A stretch of DNA of 62,679 nucleotides, filler included. It is 7 parts of 7 records of this genome, joined end to end, with 100 filler letters (N's around TTAATTAATTAA, not from the genome) between each part and the next. Parts side by side here need not be neighbours in the genome. Positions count along the whole stretch, not along the records: positions 1 to 7,237 come from DRR723986_19057; positions 7,338 to 15,076 come from DRR723986_19085; 5 more parts are not named here. One strand, written 5' to 3'. The notes beneath the pieces were generated by a model, which had not been told where the DNA came from, ran no database searches, and worked only from the letters and a program-made list of their open reading frames with translations. How positions within the stretch are numbered: the stretch's first letter is position 1; the number at the start of each line of letters is the position of its first letter. The translations under genes and the position numbers were made by a program. Below are positions 1-9,781 of the stretch, piece by piece.

Positions 1-132
1 CGCCGTGGCTGCGCCACGTCGACCGGCGCGGCCCTGACGGGCCGCGCATAACGCTCTTGCAAGAGCGTTCAGGGGGCGCTGCCCCCGTCGCCTTACAGGC
101 GACTCCCCCGAGGTATTTGGACCAAGATGAAA
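1..132. repeat. REP-like palindromic intergenic element(s) at contig start
   Basis: Stacked inverted repeats: CGCGGCCC-tgac-GGGCCGCG (27-46), perfect 20-bp palindrome AACGCTCTTGCAAGAGCGTT (50-69), GGGGGCGCTGCCCCC hairpin; related motifs recur at 3883-3926 and 7211-7237. Confidence 0.6.
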
Positions 133-134
133 GA

Positions 135-992
135 TCAGGCGATGCGGTCACGCAGGGCGGTCAGGACCGGCGGCACGTCGCGCGCGGTATAGGCGGCCTC
201 GCGCACCAGCCAGTCGAAGTGACGGGTTACGGCGCGCACCCGGTCACGGTCCCGGAAGGCAACGTAGTAGCGGCCCAGATAGATCGCGGCGAGTTTCGGG
301 CCGAAGATGGTGATCGGGGCGGAATAGACACGGCGTGCGTCATAGAGAAACAGCCTGAGAGTCGGATAGAGCTGGTGATGAACGTCGAGGATCCAGTCGA
401 TCTGTTCCCGGCGTGTCGCGGGCGGGAGGGTGGCGTAATAGCTACTGCCTTCGGCGAAGTTGCGGATTTCGTGGAGCGGCAGGGCAATCTCGTAGTCGCT
501 GTCCGAGGCACGCATCCAGTCCAGACGCGCCTCGGCCGCCGCGATGGCCTGACCGGGGCTGCGGTTCATCGTCGGCTCATACTCCCATTCCATCACGGCG
601 CGGGTCTTGAGCATGTCGGGCAGGGTCGCGGGGACATGACGGATCTTGTATCCAGCGGCCTCCTGATGCCAGGCGAAGATCTGGTCGTCGGCGGAGCTGG
701 CTCGCTCGGCCTGTGTCAATGTGGCGGTCAGCAGATCTGCCGTCGCCTCTGCCCTGTCTGACAGGCCAAGCAGCCAATCGGTCGAGACCGAGAGAGCCTC
801 TGCCGCCGCCGCAACGAGGTGGCTGCCGGGCATGCGGGCCTCGCCATCAGCCAGAAGCTGCGTGACGGTCGACCGATCCACGCCCGTTGCCCGCGCCAGC
901 GCCGCGCGGCTGGTGCCGGTCTGGGTCATGGCTTGCGCCAGCCGGTCGCGGAACAGCGACGCCCGGTCATGTTTGTTGATCATCGTGCGCAT
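135..992 (-). CDS. XRE-family HTH transcriptional regulator with long C-terminal domain
   Basis: N-terminal HTH (SRAALARATGVDRSTVTQLL...ALSVSTDWLLG); divergent from the desaturase gene. Confidence 0.85.
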   Translation of the reverse strand: MRTMINKHDRASLFRDRLAQAMTQTGTSRAALARATGVDRSTVTQLLADGEARMPGSHLVAAAAEALSVSTDWLLGLSDRAEATADLLTATLTQAERASSADDQIFAWHQEAAGYKIRHVPATLPDMLKTRAVMEWEYEPTMNRSPGQAIAAAEARLDWMRASDSDYEIALPLHEIRNFAEGSSYYATLPPATRREQIDWILDVHHQLYPTLRLFLYDARRVYSAPITIFGPKLAAIYLGRYYVAFRDRDRVRAVTRHFDWLVREAAYTARDVPPVLTALRDRIA

Positions 993-1105
993 TGTTTAAA
1001 AATATCACCAATGTTGATTTATAGTGGAGAATTCCCCGACTGCCCTGAAAAAGCAAGCCCTGATAAGAGCTTGATGAGGACACCGAAAGCGTGAAGGGGA
1101 CGAAA

Positions 1106-1987
1106 ATGCGGGTCGAATGGCCAACGCTTGGACTGATTTTGGCATGTTATGCGGTTTGGGTCGCGGGGCTGTTCTGGCTGCCCGGGGTCTGGATGCCGCT
1201 GGCCATGCTGGCGCTGATCCTGTCGATTTCCCTGCAAAGCTCGCTTCAACATGAGGTGGTGCATGGCCATCCGTTTCCGGGGCGCAAATGGGGGGCAGTT
1301 CTGGTCTATGGCTCGCTGAACCTCGCCATTCCCTATGGCCGGTTTCGTGACACTCACCTGTCGCACCATTTGGACAGCACCCTGACAGACCCCTATGACG
1401 ACCCGGAAAGCAACTATCTGGATCCGGCGGTTTGGGGACGGTTGGCGGTGCCTTTGCAGATGCTGCTCAGGGCCAATAACACGTTGCTTGGTCGCATGGT
1501 TCTGGGGCCTGCCATCGGGCAGGTGACGTTCATGGCAGGTGACTGGCGGCAGGTTCGTGCCGGCAATCGTCGCGTGCTGATGTCATGGCTTGGACATGGC
1601 GCAATGATGGTTCTGGTGCTGTGGATCGTCAGCCTGTCGTCGCTGCCGGTCTGGGCCTATCTGCTGGCCTGTTACCTTGGGCTTGGGGTGCTCAAGATCC
1701 GCACTTTCCTGGAACATCAGGCCCATGAAAAGGTGCGCGGTCGCACGGTGATTGTCGAGGATCGGGGGCTGTTGGCCTTCCTCTTCCTCAACAACAATTT
1801 CCACGTCGTACATCACATGCACCCGCGCACGCCGTGGTATCGTCTGCCGGGGCTCTATTTTGCCAATCGAGAGAAATACCTGACCCGGAACGATGGCTAT
1901 TGCTATCGCAGCTACGCGCAGATCTTCCGACAGCATTTCCTGCGCGCGAAAGACCCGGTGCCGCATCCGCATTGGCCGCGCGGCTGA
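1106..1987 (+). CDS. Fatty acid desaturase family membrane di-iron protein
   Basis: Three His boxes HEVVH, HLSHH, HVVHH; hydrophobic segments; ATG 1106 preceded by AAGGGG. Confidence 0.9.
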   Translation: MRVEWPTLGLILACYAVWVAGLFWLPGVWMPLAMLALILSISLQSSLQHEVVHGHPFPGRKWGAVLVYGSLNLAIPYGRFRDTHLSHHLDSTLTDPYDDPESNYLDPAVWGRLAVPLQMLLRANNTLLGRMVLGPAIGQVTFMAGDWRQVRAGNRRVLMSWLGHGAMMVLVLWIVSLSSLPVWAYLLACYLGLGVLKIRTFLEHQAHEKVRGRTVIVEDRGLLAFLFLNNNFHVVHHMHPRTPWYRLPGLYFANREKYLTRNDGYCYRSYAQIFRQHFLRAKDPVPHPHWPRG

Positions 1988-2027
1988 TTTGACTTGCCAA
2001 GCCCGTGGGGCCGGGTGACATAGCGCC

Positions 2028-2939
2028 ATGCCCCTCTGGATACCCGTCACGATCTTTGCGGCCTTCATGCAGAACCTGCGGTTCCTGCTGCAACGGCATC
2101 TGAAGGTCACCAGCCTGTCGACGGCAGGCGCGACCTGGGCGCGCTTCCTGTATTCGGCCCCGATGGTGCTGCTCATTGTGCTGGGATTTTCAACCGTAAC
2201 CGGACAGGCGCTGCCAGAGACAAATCTGCGGTTCTGGGCTTTCATCCTGTCCGGCGGGCTGGCGCAGATCGTGGCAACCATGTGCGTGGTTGCGCTGTTC
2301 GCCCGGCGAAATTTTCCCGTCGGCGTGACGCTGGCCAAGACCGAGGTGATCCTGACCGCCCTGCTTGGACTGGTGGTTCTGGGCGACGCGGTGTCGATGC
2401 CGGTCGTTGTGGCGATTGGCTTTGGCTTTGTCGGTGTGCTGCTGCTGTCTGACCCGCCCAGGGGCGACGTGGCGTTGCCTTGGCGGGCGCGCCTGTTCAA
2501 CGTAGCCTCTGGCTACGGCATCCTGTCGGGGCTTTTGTTCAGCGTCTCTGCCGTGGGTTATCGCGGCGCGTCTCTGGCACTGGCGGACGGATCGGTGTTC
2601 CTGCGGGCGTCCTTCACCCTGTCGGCGGCGACCATGGTGCAGGCGCTTGCGCTTGGAGCATGGCTGTTCTGGCGCGAACGGGCAGAGATCGGACGGGTAC
2701 TGTCCAGCTGGCGGGTGTCCGGGCTGGTCGGGCTGACCTCGATGCTGGGGTCGCTTGGCTGGTTCACGGCGTTTACCCTGCAAAGCGCGGCCTATGTGAA
2801 GGCCGTGGGGCAGGTGGAGCTGGTGTTCACCTTCCTGTTTTCCGTCTTTTGGCTGAAAGAGCGGTCCTCGGCCAAGGAATTGGGCGGCGCGGCCTTGATC
2901 GTGCTGAGCCTTTTGTTGATCGTCTGGGGAGCTTTGTAG
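2028..2939 (+). CDS. DMT/EamA family transporter
   Basis: 303 aa, about 10 hydrophobic segments, two-repeat EamA pattern. Confidence 0.85.
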   Translation: MPLWIPVTIFAAFMQNLRFLLQRHLKVTSLSTAGATWARFLYSAPMVLLIVLGFSTVTGQALPETNLRFWAFILSGGLAQIVATMCVVALFARRNFPVGVTLAKTEVILTALLGLVVLGDAVSMPVVVAIGFGFVGVLLLSDPPRGDVALPWRARLFNVASGYGILSGLLFSVSAVGYRGASLALADGSVFLRASFTLSAATMVQALALGAWLFWRERAEIGRVLSSWRVSGLVGLTSMLGSLGWFTAFTLQSAAYVKAVGQVELVFTFLFSVFWLKERSSAKELGGAALIVLSLLLIVWGAL

Positions 2940-2943
2940 CGTC

Positions 2944-3876
2944 ATGGATATCGTTCTGAGCATCGCGCCGGTCTTCGTGCTGATCTGCCTGGGCTATGTG
3001 TTGCGCCGGGGCGGCATTCCCTCGGCGGAATTCTGGAACCTCAATGACCGGCTGGTCTATTTCCTGCTGATGCCGGCGTTGTTCTACGTGCGGATTTCAA
3101 CCGCCGACCTGTCGGGCGAGACCCTGGCGACGCTGGCCACGGTGCTCTACGCCGCGTTTTTCGCGGCCATCGGATATGGCGTCCTGGTGGGCTGGCTGAT
3201 CCGGCGGGACGGGGCGGTTGTGACCTCGTTGCTGCAAGGGGTGGGCCGCTTCAACACGTTCATCGCGCTGGCGGTGGCCGAGGCGCTATACGGTGCGCCG
3301 GCCCTGCAAATCGCGGTGCTGGCGGCGGCGGCACTGGTGCCGGTGGTGAACCTGACGGTGGTCAGCCTGTTTGCCATCTATCTGCCGAAGCCCGGAGCAC
3401 GGCCAGTGGTGACGGCGTTGAAAGGTCTGGCGAAAAACCCATTGATCCTGTCGATCCTGGCGGGGCTTGCGGCCAATTGGGCCGGGCTTGGCGGCCTGCC
3501 CGTGCTGCATGACACGCTGTCGGTTCTGGGGGCGGCGGCGCTGCCGATCATGCTGCTTTGCGTCGGCGCGAACCTGAAACTGCGGGGGCTGTCGGGCGAT
3601 GCGCTGCCGATTGCCCTGTCGGCCGTGGGCAAGTTGCTGGTGTTTCCCGCCGTGGTGCTGGCGCTGGCGCTTGTCCTCGGGGTGGAGCCGATGCAGGCGC
3701 AGGTGTTGCTGATCTACGGGGCTCTGCCGACGGGGGTCGCGGCCTATACGCTGGCGCGCCAGCTTGGCGGAGACGCGCCGTTGATGGCGGCGATGATCAC
3801 CGTGCAGACGCTGCTCAGCTTCGCCGCGATGCCACTCTGGATCGCGCTTGGCGAATATCTGTTCCTTGGCGGCTAG
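2944..3876 (+). CDS. AEC (auxin efflux carrier) family transporter
   Basis: APVFVLICLGY start, LLMPALF, NPLILS and ALPTG motifs. Confidence 0.9.
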   Translation: MDIVLSIAPVFVLICLGYVLRRGGIPSAEFWNLNDRLVYFLLMPALFYVRISTADLSGETLATLATVLYAAFFAAIGYGVLVGWLIRRDGAVVTSLLQGVGRFNTFIALAVAEALYGAPALQIAVLAAAALVPVVNLTVVSLFAIYLPKPGARPVVTALKGLAKNPLILSILAGLAANWAGLGGLPVLHDTLSVLGAAALPIMLLCVGANLKLRGLSGDALPIALSAVGKLLVFPAVVLALALVLGVEPMQAQVLLIYGALPTGVAAYTLARQLGGDAPLMAAMITVQTLLSFAAMPLWIALGEYLFLGG

Positions 3877-3882
3877 GCGGGG

Positions 3883-3926
3883 GCGGCCCGTTGACGGGCC
3901 GCGACAAGCTGCGTCGACGCAGCTTG
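3883..3926. repeat. REP-like double palindrome between convergent genes (possible bidirectional terminator)
   Basis: GCGGCCCG-ttga-CGGGCCGC followed by perfect 22-bp palindrome CAAGCTGCGTCGACGCAGCTTG. Confidence 0.65.
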
Positions 3927-3931
3927 CCCGC

Positions 3932-4600
3932 TCACAACCGTTCGAACCGGCTGATCTCGTCAAGGTTGTTGAAAAATGGCACGCCCGGCTGATCGGTGCC
4001 GTTCAGGATGGCGCTTGTTTCCGCCAGAACCACTTCGGTGATGAAGGGCATGTCGAACTTGCGCACCTCATCCAGAGGCACCCATTGCAGGTGGCTCAAC
4101 TCATCTTCTGCCTTGCCGAAATCGTCGGGGTCATTGGCCAGCTTCTCAGCCTCGGCCAGAAAGAACCGCGCATCGAACCGGCGCGGGCGGCCCGGCGGGG
4201 TGATGGCGCGAAAGACGAAGCTCAGCGCATCGCCGTCCGGCAGATAGCCGGTGCGTAGATACCCGCGCCAGCCTTTCGGCGCCTCGATCTGCCCGGCGCG
4301 CGCATCTTCGGCCCCCAACAGCAGCCCGGTTTCTTCCCACAACTCGCGGGTGGCGGCATTCAACAGGGCCTCGGGCTGGGTCGTGCTTTGATTGGCCAGC
4401 CGCCGCAAGCAATCCGCGCCCGCCGGGTTGGCCACCGGAATTCCGGCATCCACCGCATCGACAGCGCCACCGGGAAAGACGAATTTCGACGGCATGAACA
4501 CCGCGCTATGGCCGCGCTGGCCCATCAGGACGCGGGGCCGCGTCCCGGCATCGCGCACCATGATGATGGTGGCCGCATCGCGGATTGGCGTCTCGGTCAC
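3932..4600 (-). CDS. NUDIX hydrolase
   Basis: IRDAAT, VFPGG, split Nudix box AATRELWEETG, RRFDARFF; GTG start overlaps upstream TGA (GTGA). Confidence 0.9.
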   Translation of the reverse strand: MTETPIRDAATIIMVRDAGTRPRVLMGQRGHSAVFMPSKFVFPGGAVDAVDAGIPVANPAGADCLRRLANQSTTQPEALLNAATRELWEETGLLLGAEDARAGQIEAPKGWRGYLRTGYLPDGDALSFVFRAITPPGRPRRFDARFFLAEAEKLANDPDDFGKAEDELSHLQWVPLDEVRKFDMPFITEVVLAETSAILNGTDQPGVPFFNNLDEISRFERL

Positions 4601-4980
4601 AGCCCGTGCATCCTTTTCGCCCATTGGATGCCCACGAATACCCCCTTGAAGCGCGGCAACAGGAACAGCGACAGCGCCACGGTGCCGACGCCGAAGATCG
4701 CCAGCATTTCCATCGGGCTGGGTCGGTAGGCCATGAAGACATGCAGCATGCCCGCCACCATCAGATGACCGACAATCAGGATGGTCAGATAGGCAGGGCC
4801 GTCGTCGGCGCGGGTCTTGGTCAGGTCCAGACCGCAGCAGTCGCAGCTGTCTTTCAGCTTCAGATAGCCTTGCAGCACTCGGCCCTCGCCGCATTGTGGA
4901 CAGCGCTTGCGAAAGCCCTTGCGGACGGCGGGCCAGAACGGGCGCTCTTCCATCTGGGCAGTAATCGTTTCCGTGGCCAT
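4597..4980 (-). CDS. DUF983 family zinc-ribbon membrane protein
   Basis: RCPQCGEG...CDCCG, ADDGPAY motif; strong SD GAGGAGG. Confidence 0.9.
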   Translation of the reverse strand: MATETITAQMEERPFWPAVRKGFRKRCPQCGEGRVLQGYLKLKDSCDCCGLDLTKTRADDGPAYLTILIVGHLMVAGMLHVFMAYRPSPMEMLAIFGVGTVALSLFLLPRFKGVFVGIQWAKRMHGL

Positions 4981-5085
4981 GGTGGCCTCCTCATGCGCAT
5001 TTGTCCGGATTGGTTTCATATCTAGTCCCCTCGCGCAACAATCGGAACCCCGCCGGGGCGCGGCAAACTGGCTGCGAAACTTTCT

Positions 5086-5112
5086 GCGACGGAAACCGTG
5101 ACCTGCCCCGTT
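5086..5112 (+). promoter_or_regulatory. Candidate ECF sigma promoter
   Basis: GCGACGG-N16-CGTT upstream of the EF-hand/ECF sigma cluster. Confidence 0.4.
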
Positions 5113-5147
5113 GAAAGGTCAGACAGGCATGAAAAAGGAGATTGCAG

Positions 5148-5699
5148 ATGTCGACCAAGAAAGCCCTGATGCTGAGCGTCCTGATCCCCGTCGGCCTTGC
5201 GCTGGCCCTTCCCGTGGCAGCCATGGGTCCGGGCGGACGCGGCGGAGACATGGAACGTCCCGCCTTCACCGACCTTGATGCCGACGGCAATGGTGAGCTG
5301 ACGCTGGAAGAGATGCTGGCGCATCGTGATGCCAGGTTTGCCGAGGCCGATACCGATGGGGATGGCAACCTCAGCCGCGACGAGATGATTGCCGCGGCCA
5401 TGGGCCGGGTAGAAGCCTCGATCGACCGCCGGATGGACCGTTTCGACGACAACGAGGACGGTATGCTGAGCGCCAACGAAATGGATGACATGCGCCCCCG
5501 TGGCCCCGGCCCGGAACGTATCTTCAGCCACATGGATGCCGATGGTGACGGCGTGGTGACGGCCGAGGAATTCGAAACCGCGGCCGCCAACATGATGCAG
5601 CGCGGTGGTGGCCAGGGACGCCATGGCAATGGGCACGGAAATCAGGACGGCCAGGGCGGCGGCCATGGCTGGCGTTGGGGTCAGTCCGACGAAGGCTGA
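5148..5699 (+). CDS. Secreted EF-hand calcium-binding protein
   Basis: Signal peptide; four DxDxDG-type loops (DADGNG, DTDGDG, DDNEDG, DADGDG); Gly/His-rich tail. Confidence 0.9.
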   Translation: MSTKKALMLSVLIPVGLALALPVAAMGPGGRGGDMERPAFTDLDADGNGELTLEEMLAHRDARFAEADTDGDGNLSRDEMIAAAMGRVEASIDRRMDRFDDNEDGMLSANEMDDMRPRGPGPERIFSHMDADGDGVVTAEEFETAAANMMQRGGGQGRHGNGHGNQDGQGGGHGWRWGQSDEG

Positions 5700-5786
5700 T
5701 CGATCCACCGAACCCGATATGGGAAAGAGCGGCCAATCCCCCCGGTCGCTCTTTTCCCCACTGCGCAGGCGGGCTACGACAGGAGA

Positions 5787-6371
5787 ATGGAGCCGTTGGA
5801 TGCCGATCTGGACCAACTTCAGGACGATGCCCTGATGGTGCTGTTTGCCAATGGCGAACCGGCAGCGGCCCGTATTCTGACCGCCCGCCTGTTGCCCCGC
5901 GTCCTGAACCACGCCGCCCGCGTCCTGGGCGACCGGGCCGAGGCCGAGGATGTGGCGCAAGACGCGATGTTGCGGCTGTGGCGGGCGGCGGCGGACTGGC
6001 AGGCCGGAGGCGCGAAGCCCTCGACCTGGTTATACAAGGTGACCGCAAACCTTGTCGTGGACCGATTGCGCCGATCGGGGCGCGCCGTGGGTCTGGACGA
6101 AAGCGCCGAGCCCGAGGATGATCGGCCCGGTGCCGAGGAACAATTGATTCAGGCAGGCCGGATGGCGGCGCTCGATGCAGCGCTGGCCCGGTTGCCGGAA
6201 CGGCAGCGCCAGGCCGTGGTGCTGCGCCATATCGAGGGGTTGACGAACCCCGACATTGCCGAGGCGCTGGAGATCAGCGTCGAGGCCGTCGAAAGCCTGA
6301 CCGCGCGCGGCAAACGTGCGCTGGCGCAGGCGCTGGCCGGACAGAAGGAGGCCCTTGGTTATGACACATGA
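5787..6371 (+). CDS. ECF RNA polymerase sigma factor
   Basis: AEDVAQD (region 2), STWLY, LPERQRQAVVL...IAEALEISVEAVESL (region 4). Confidence 0.95.
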   Translation: MEPLDADLDQLQDDALMVLFANGEPAAARILTARLLPRVLNHAARVLGDRAEAEDVAQDAMLRLWRAAADWQAGGAKPSTWLYKVTANLVVDRLRRSGRAVGLDESAEPEDDRPGAEEQLIQAGRMAALDAALARLPERQRQAVVLRHIEGLTNPDIAEALEISVEAVESLTARGKRALAQALAGQKEALGYDT

Positions 6372-6702
6372 GCTGGACGATCTCTTTGCAGCGGCCCGTG
6401 GGGCCGAGGTGCCGGGCGACGATCTGGTGGCCCGCGTGCTGGCCGATGCCGCAGCCGTGCAGGCCGATACCGTGGCCGCGCCCTCTGGCGGGGGCTGGAT
6501 GTCGGGCCTTCTGTCGGGGGTTGGCGGCTGGTTCGGTGCGGGTGGGCTGGTGGCCGCAACCACGGCGGGACTGCTGATCGGGGTCTATGCGCCCGACACC
6601 GTTGACGGCATCCTGGGCGGGCAATTGTCCGAACTGGGGCTGGTGACACAGGATGATCTGCTGCCGGGGCTGACCTATCTGCTGCCCGGCGAAGGGGGAT
6701 AA
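6361..6702 (+). CDS. Putative membrane anti-sigma factor
   Basis: Overlaps sigma stop; short N-terminal domain plus one transmembrane segment. Confidence 0.65.
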   Translation: MTHELDDLFAAARGAEVPGDDLVARVLADAAAVQADTVAAPSGGGWMSGLLSGVGGWFGAGGLVAATTAGLLIGVYAPDTVDGILGGQLSELGLVTQDDLLPGLTYLLPGEGG

Positions 6703-6705
6703 GAA

Positions 6706-7203
6706 ATGACCGGACCCACCCAAGCCAAGCCGCGCAGAGGCCGGGGGATCAAGATTGCCTTTGGCCTGAGTCTGGCGATCAACCTGTTGATTTTGGGCGC
6801 AATTGGCGGCGCGATGCTGAACGGCCGCCCCGACGGTCCGATCCGCGACCGGTTCGACCTGGTGCGTACGCTCGGGCTCGGGCCGATTGGCCGTGCCCTG
6901 GATCGCGAAGATCGCGACCAGATCATTGCGCGGGTAGGCCAGAACCGGGAAGAGGTCCGCGCCGAGCGCGAGGCTCTGCTGGCCGCCACCATGGAGTTCG
7001 TGACCAGCGTCGAGCGCGATCCGTTCGACCCGGAGGCCACTGAGTCGGCGCTGGCGATGCAGCGAGATCATGTTCGCGGGTTGCAGCAGCGGGGCCACGG
7101 CGCCCTGATCGAGCAGTTGCAGCAGATGTCGCCTGCCGCCCGCGCAGAGTTCGCAGAACGCCTGCGCCGATCTATCCAGCGCCACGAGATCGATCGCCGA
7201 TAG
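6706..7203 (+). CDS. Periplasmic heavy-metal sensor (Spy/CpxP-like) protein
   Basis: SLAINLLILG anchor, helical body, C-terminal MSPAARAEFAE motif. Confidence 0.8.
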   Translation: MTGPTQAKPRRGRGIKIAFGLSLAINLLILGAIGGAMLNGRPDGPIRDRFDLVRTLGLGPIGRALDREDRDQIIARVGQNREEVRAEREALLAATMEFVTSVERDPFDPEATESALAMQRDHVRGLQQRGHGALIEQLQQMSPAARAEFAERLRRSIQRHEIDRR

Positions 7204-7237
7204 GGCCGTTTCGCCGCCTTCGGCGTCGACCGGGGAG

Positions 7238-7337
7238 NNNNNNNNNNNNNNNNNNNNNNNNNNNNNNNNNNNNNNNNNNNNTTAATTAATTAANNNNNNN
7301 NNNNNNNNNNNNNNNNNNNNNNNNNNNNNNNNNNNNN
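7238..7337. other. Artificial contig linker
   Basis: 100 nt, N-run with central TTAATTAATTAA (stops in all six frames). Confidence 0.99.
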
Positions 7338-8090
7338 CTTGATCCGCGCCTTGTACTTGTTGTCCCGCCGCCCGATCACGTTCCAGACCGCGACGGTGGC
7401 TTCCAGATAGGGCAGCAGGTCGTCGGCGGGGATGAATTCCGCCAGTACCTTGCCGATCATCGGGGTCCGGCCAAGACCGCCACCGACCAGCACCTGATAG
7501 CCGATCTCGCCGTCCCTCTCGACGATGCGCAGCCCGATGTCATGGGCGGCTGTCACCGCGCGATCATTCGGCGCGCCGGTGATCGCGATCTTGAATTTGC
7601 GCGGCATGAACTGAAATTCCGGGTGGTCGGTGGACCACTGGCGCAGCAATTCCGCGACCGGGCGGGGGTCGGCCACTTCGTCGGCGGCGGCACCTGCGAA
7701 ATGATCGGCGGTCACGTTGCGGATGGTGTTGCCGCTGGTCTGGATCGCATGCAGGCCTACCTCGGCCAATGCATCCAGCATGTCCGGCACATCGCGCAGG
7801 CGCGGCCAGTTATACTGGATGTTCTGGCGGGTGGTGAAATGGCCATAGCCCTTGTCCCAGGTCTCCGCCAGATAGGCCAGCTGCCGCATCTGCGCGCCAT
7901 TGAGCGTGCCATAGGGGATCGCGACGCGCAGCATATAGGCATGCAGTTGCAGATAGAGCCCGTTCATCAGGCGCAGCGGCTTGAACTCATCCTCGGTCAG
8001 GCTGCCGTCAATGCGGCGCTCTACCTGGGTGCGGAACTGACGGTTGCGTTCTGCAAGGAAATCACGGTCGAATTCGGAATAGCGATACAT
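7338..8090 (-). CDS. cysI: Nitrite/sulfite reductase hemoprotein, 5' part (cut by contig end)
   Basis: RLMNGLYLQLHAYMLRV, HFTTRQN, PRKFKIA, GGGLGRTP, RRDNKYKARIK; in operon with cysG. Confidence 0.9.
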
Positions 8091-8091
8091 C

Positions 8092-8391
8092 TTAAAGCTC
8101 TACCTGTTTGCCATGGGCGTAGTTGGAGGGACCACGGGTGCGAAAAACTTCGCGGAAATGGGTGGGTTCGGGGCCTTTCGGGCCGTCCTTGGCATCCGCC
8201 AGATAGGCCCCGACGATCGTATCCACCTGCCGCTCGGCATCCAGAAGCCGGATCGCGGCATGGGCCTCATCAGTGATCAACTCGGCCTCTTCGTGATACC
8301 GGGTCCAGCGATCATCTGCGGTCAGGTAGACAACGTCGCCTTCCAGCAGATGGTTGGCGGTGATGACCTTGGGGGTGAAGTCACGGGGCAT
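8092..8391 (-). CDS. DUF2849 family protein
   Basis: VITANHLLEGDVVY...FREVFRTRGPS; usual position between cysG and sulfite reductase. Confidence 0.85.
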   Translation of the reverse strand: MPRDFTPKVITANHLLEGDVVYLTADDRWTRYHEEAELITDEAHAAIRLLDAERQVDTIVGAYLADAKDGPKGPEPTHFREVFRTRGPSNYAHGKQVEL

Positions 8392-9781
8392 GTGCAAGCT
8401 CCTGAAGCTCTGGCAGACGGGCCTCTGCCGCGCGGGGCGCGAGACCGTAAAGAAGGATGGCGGGGCCGGTCAGATCGGCGGTGTCGAGGTCTGTGGCCAG
8501 CGTGGCCAGTGTGCTGGCGACGGTGCGCTGGCCGGGGCGCGAGGCGTTTTCAACAATGGTCACCGGCGTCGCGGCGGGTGCGCCATGCATCAGAAGGCGG
8601 CCTTGCAGGAACCGCGCGCCTTTCTTGGCCATATAGATCGCGGCAACCGTGCCGGGACGCGCCAGCGCCGCCCAATCCTGTTCGGCAAAGCCTTCGGTGT
8701 CGTGGCCGGTCAGCACCCGGAGCGCAGAATTCCGGCCCCGGCGCGTCAGGCTTTGCCCGATCCCGGCCGCCGCGGCAGAGGCCGAGGTGATGCCAGGCAC
8801 GATGGACCAGCCGATGCCGGCCGCTTCCAGCGCATCTATTTCCTCATCCAGACGACCATAAATGACCGGATCGCCGGATTTCAGCCGCACCACTTGCAGG
8901 CCCTTCGCGGCGTGTTCCACCATCAGTCGCGCAATCTCGTGCTGCGGGGTGTGGCGGCCAAAGCCCTGCTTGCCCACGTCCAGAAGTGTGGCTTCCCGGC
9001 GGGCGAGTTCCAGAATTTCGGGCGCAACCAGCCGGTCATGAATGATCACATCCGCCTCATCCAGCGCCTTGCGGGCCTTCAGCGTCAGCAGTTCGGGGTC
9101 GCCGGGGCCTGCACCCACAAGGGCAACATGACCATCCCGATCCTGCGCGGTCAGATGATCGGCCAGCAATGTGCGAAGCCCGGTTTGAACCCCCGCTTCT
9201 CCGCTATCGGCCAGTGCCTTGGGGCCCTTGTCAAAATAGTATTCAGCCCAGAAATCGCGGCGTTTGCGCCCGAAGGGCAGGGCCTCAACCGCGCCGCGAA
9301 AGGTTTTGCCGATCCGCGCCAGCGTGCCAAGCGTGACAGGCAGCTTTTCCTCCAGGTCGCGCTTGATCGCGCGGGCCAGGACGGGGGCGGCACCTTCGGT
9401 TCCGATGGCGACCGTCACAGGGTCGCGGTCGACGATGGCGGGGGTAATGAAGGCGCTGTCGGCCAGATTGTCGACGACGTTGACCAGAACGCCTGCCGTG
9501 TCGGCCAGTCTCTTTATGCGGGTGTCCTCTGCGTTATCCTCATCGGCCGCATAAACCAGAACCGCGCCGGGCAGATCGTCAGCCGACAATGGGCGATGGT
9601 GCAGGTCAAGGCGGCCATCAGCGGCCCAGGCCTTGATCTCTGGTGCGGGGTTGGTGGCGAACACCTCGATCCGTGCCTCGGTCTTCAGCAGCAGACGCAG
9701 TTTCGCCAATGCGGCATCTCCGCCGCCAGACAGCAGGATGCGCCGGTTTTCGACCGCAAGGAAGATCGGAAAATGTTTCAT
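8381..9781 (-). CDS. cysG: Siroheme synthase
   Basis: MKHFPIFL, GGGDAA dehydrogenase domain; VGAGPGDPELLT and RLKSGDP methyltransferase motifs. Confidence 0.95.
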   Translation of the reverse strand: MKHFPIFLAVENRRILLSGGGDAALAKLRLLLKTEARIEVFATNPAPEIKAWAADGRLDLHHRPLSADDLPGAVLVYAADEDNAEDTRIKRLADTAGVLVNVVDNLADSAFITPAIVDRDPVTVAIGTEGAAPVLARAIKRDLEEKLPVTLGTLARIGKTFRGAVEALPFGRKRRDFWAEYYFDKGPKALADSGEAGVQTGLRTLLADHLTAQDRDGHVALVGAGPGDPELLTLKARKALDEADVIIHDRLVAPEILELARREATLLDVGKQGFGRHTPQHEIARLMVEHAAKGLQVVRLKSGDPVIYGRLDEEIDALEAAGIGWSIVPGITSASAAAAGIGQSLTRRGRNSALRVLTGHDTEGFAEQDWAALARPGTVAAIYMAKKGARFLQGRLLMHGAPAATPVTIVENASRPGQRTVASTLATLATDLDTADLTGPAILLYGLAPRAAEARLPELQELAHAP

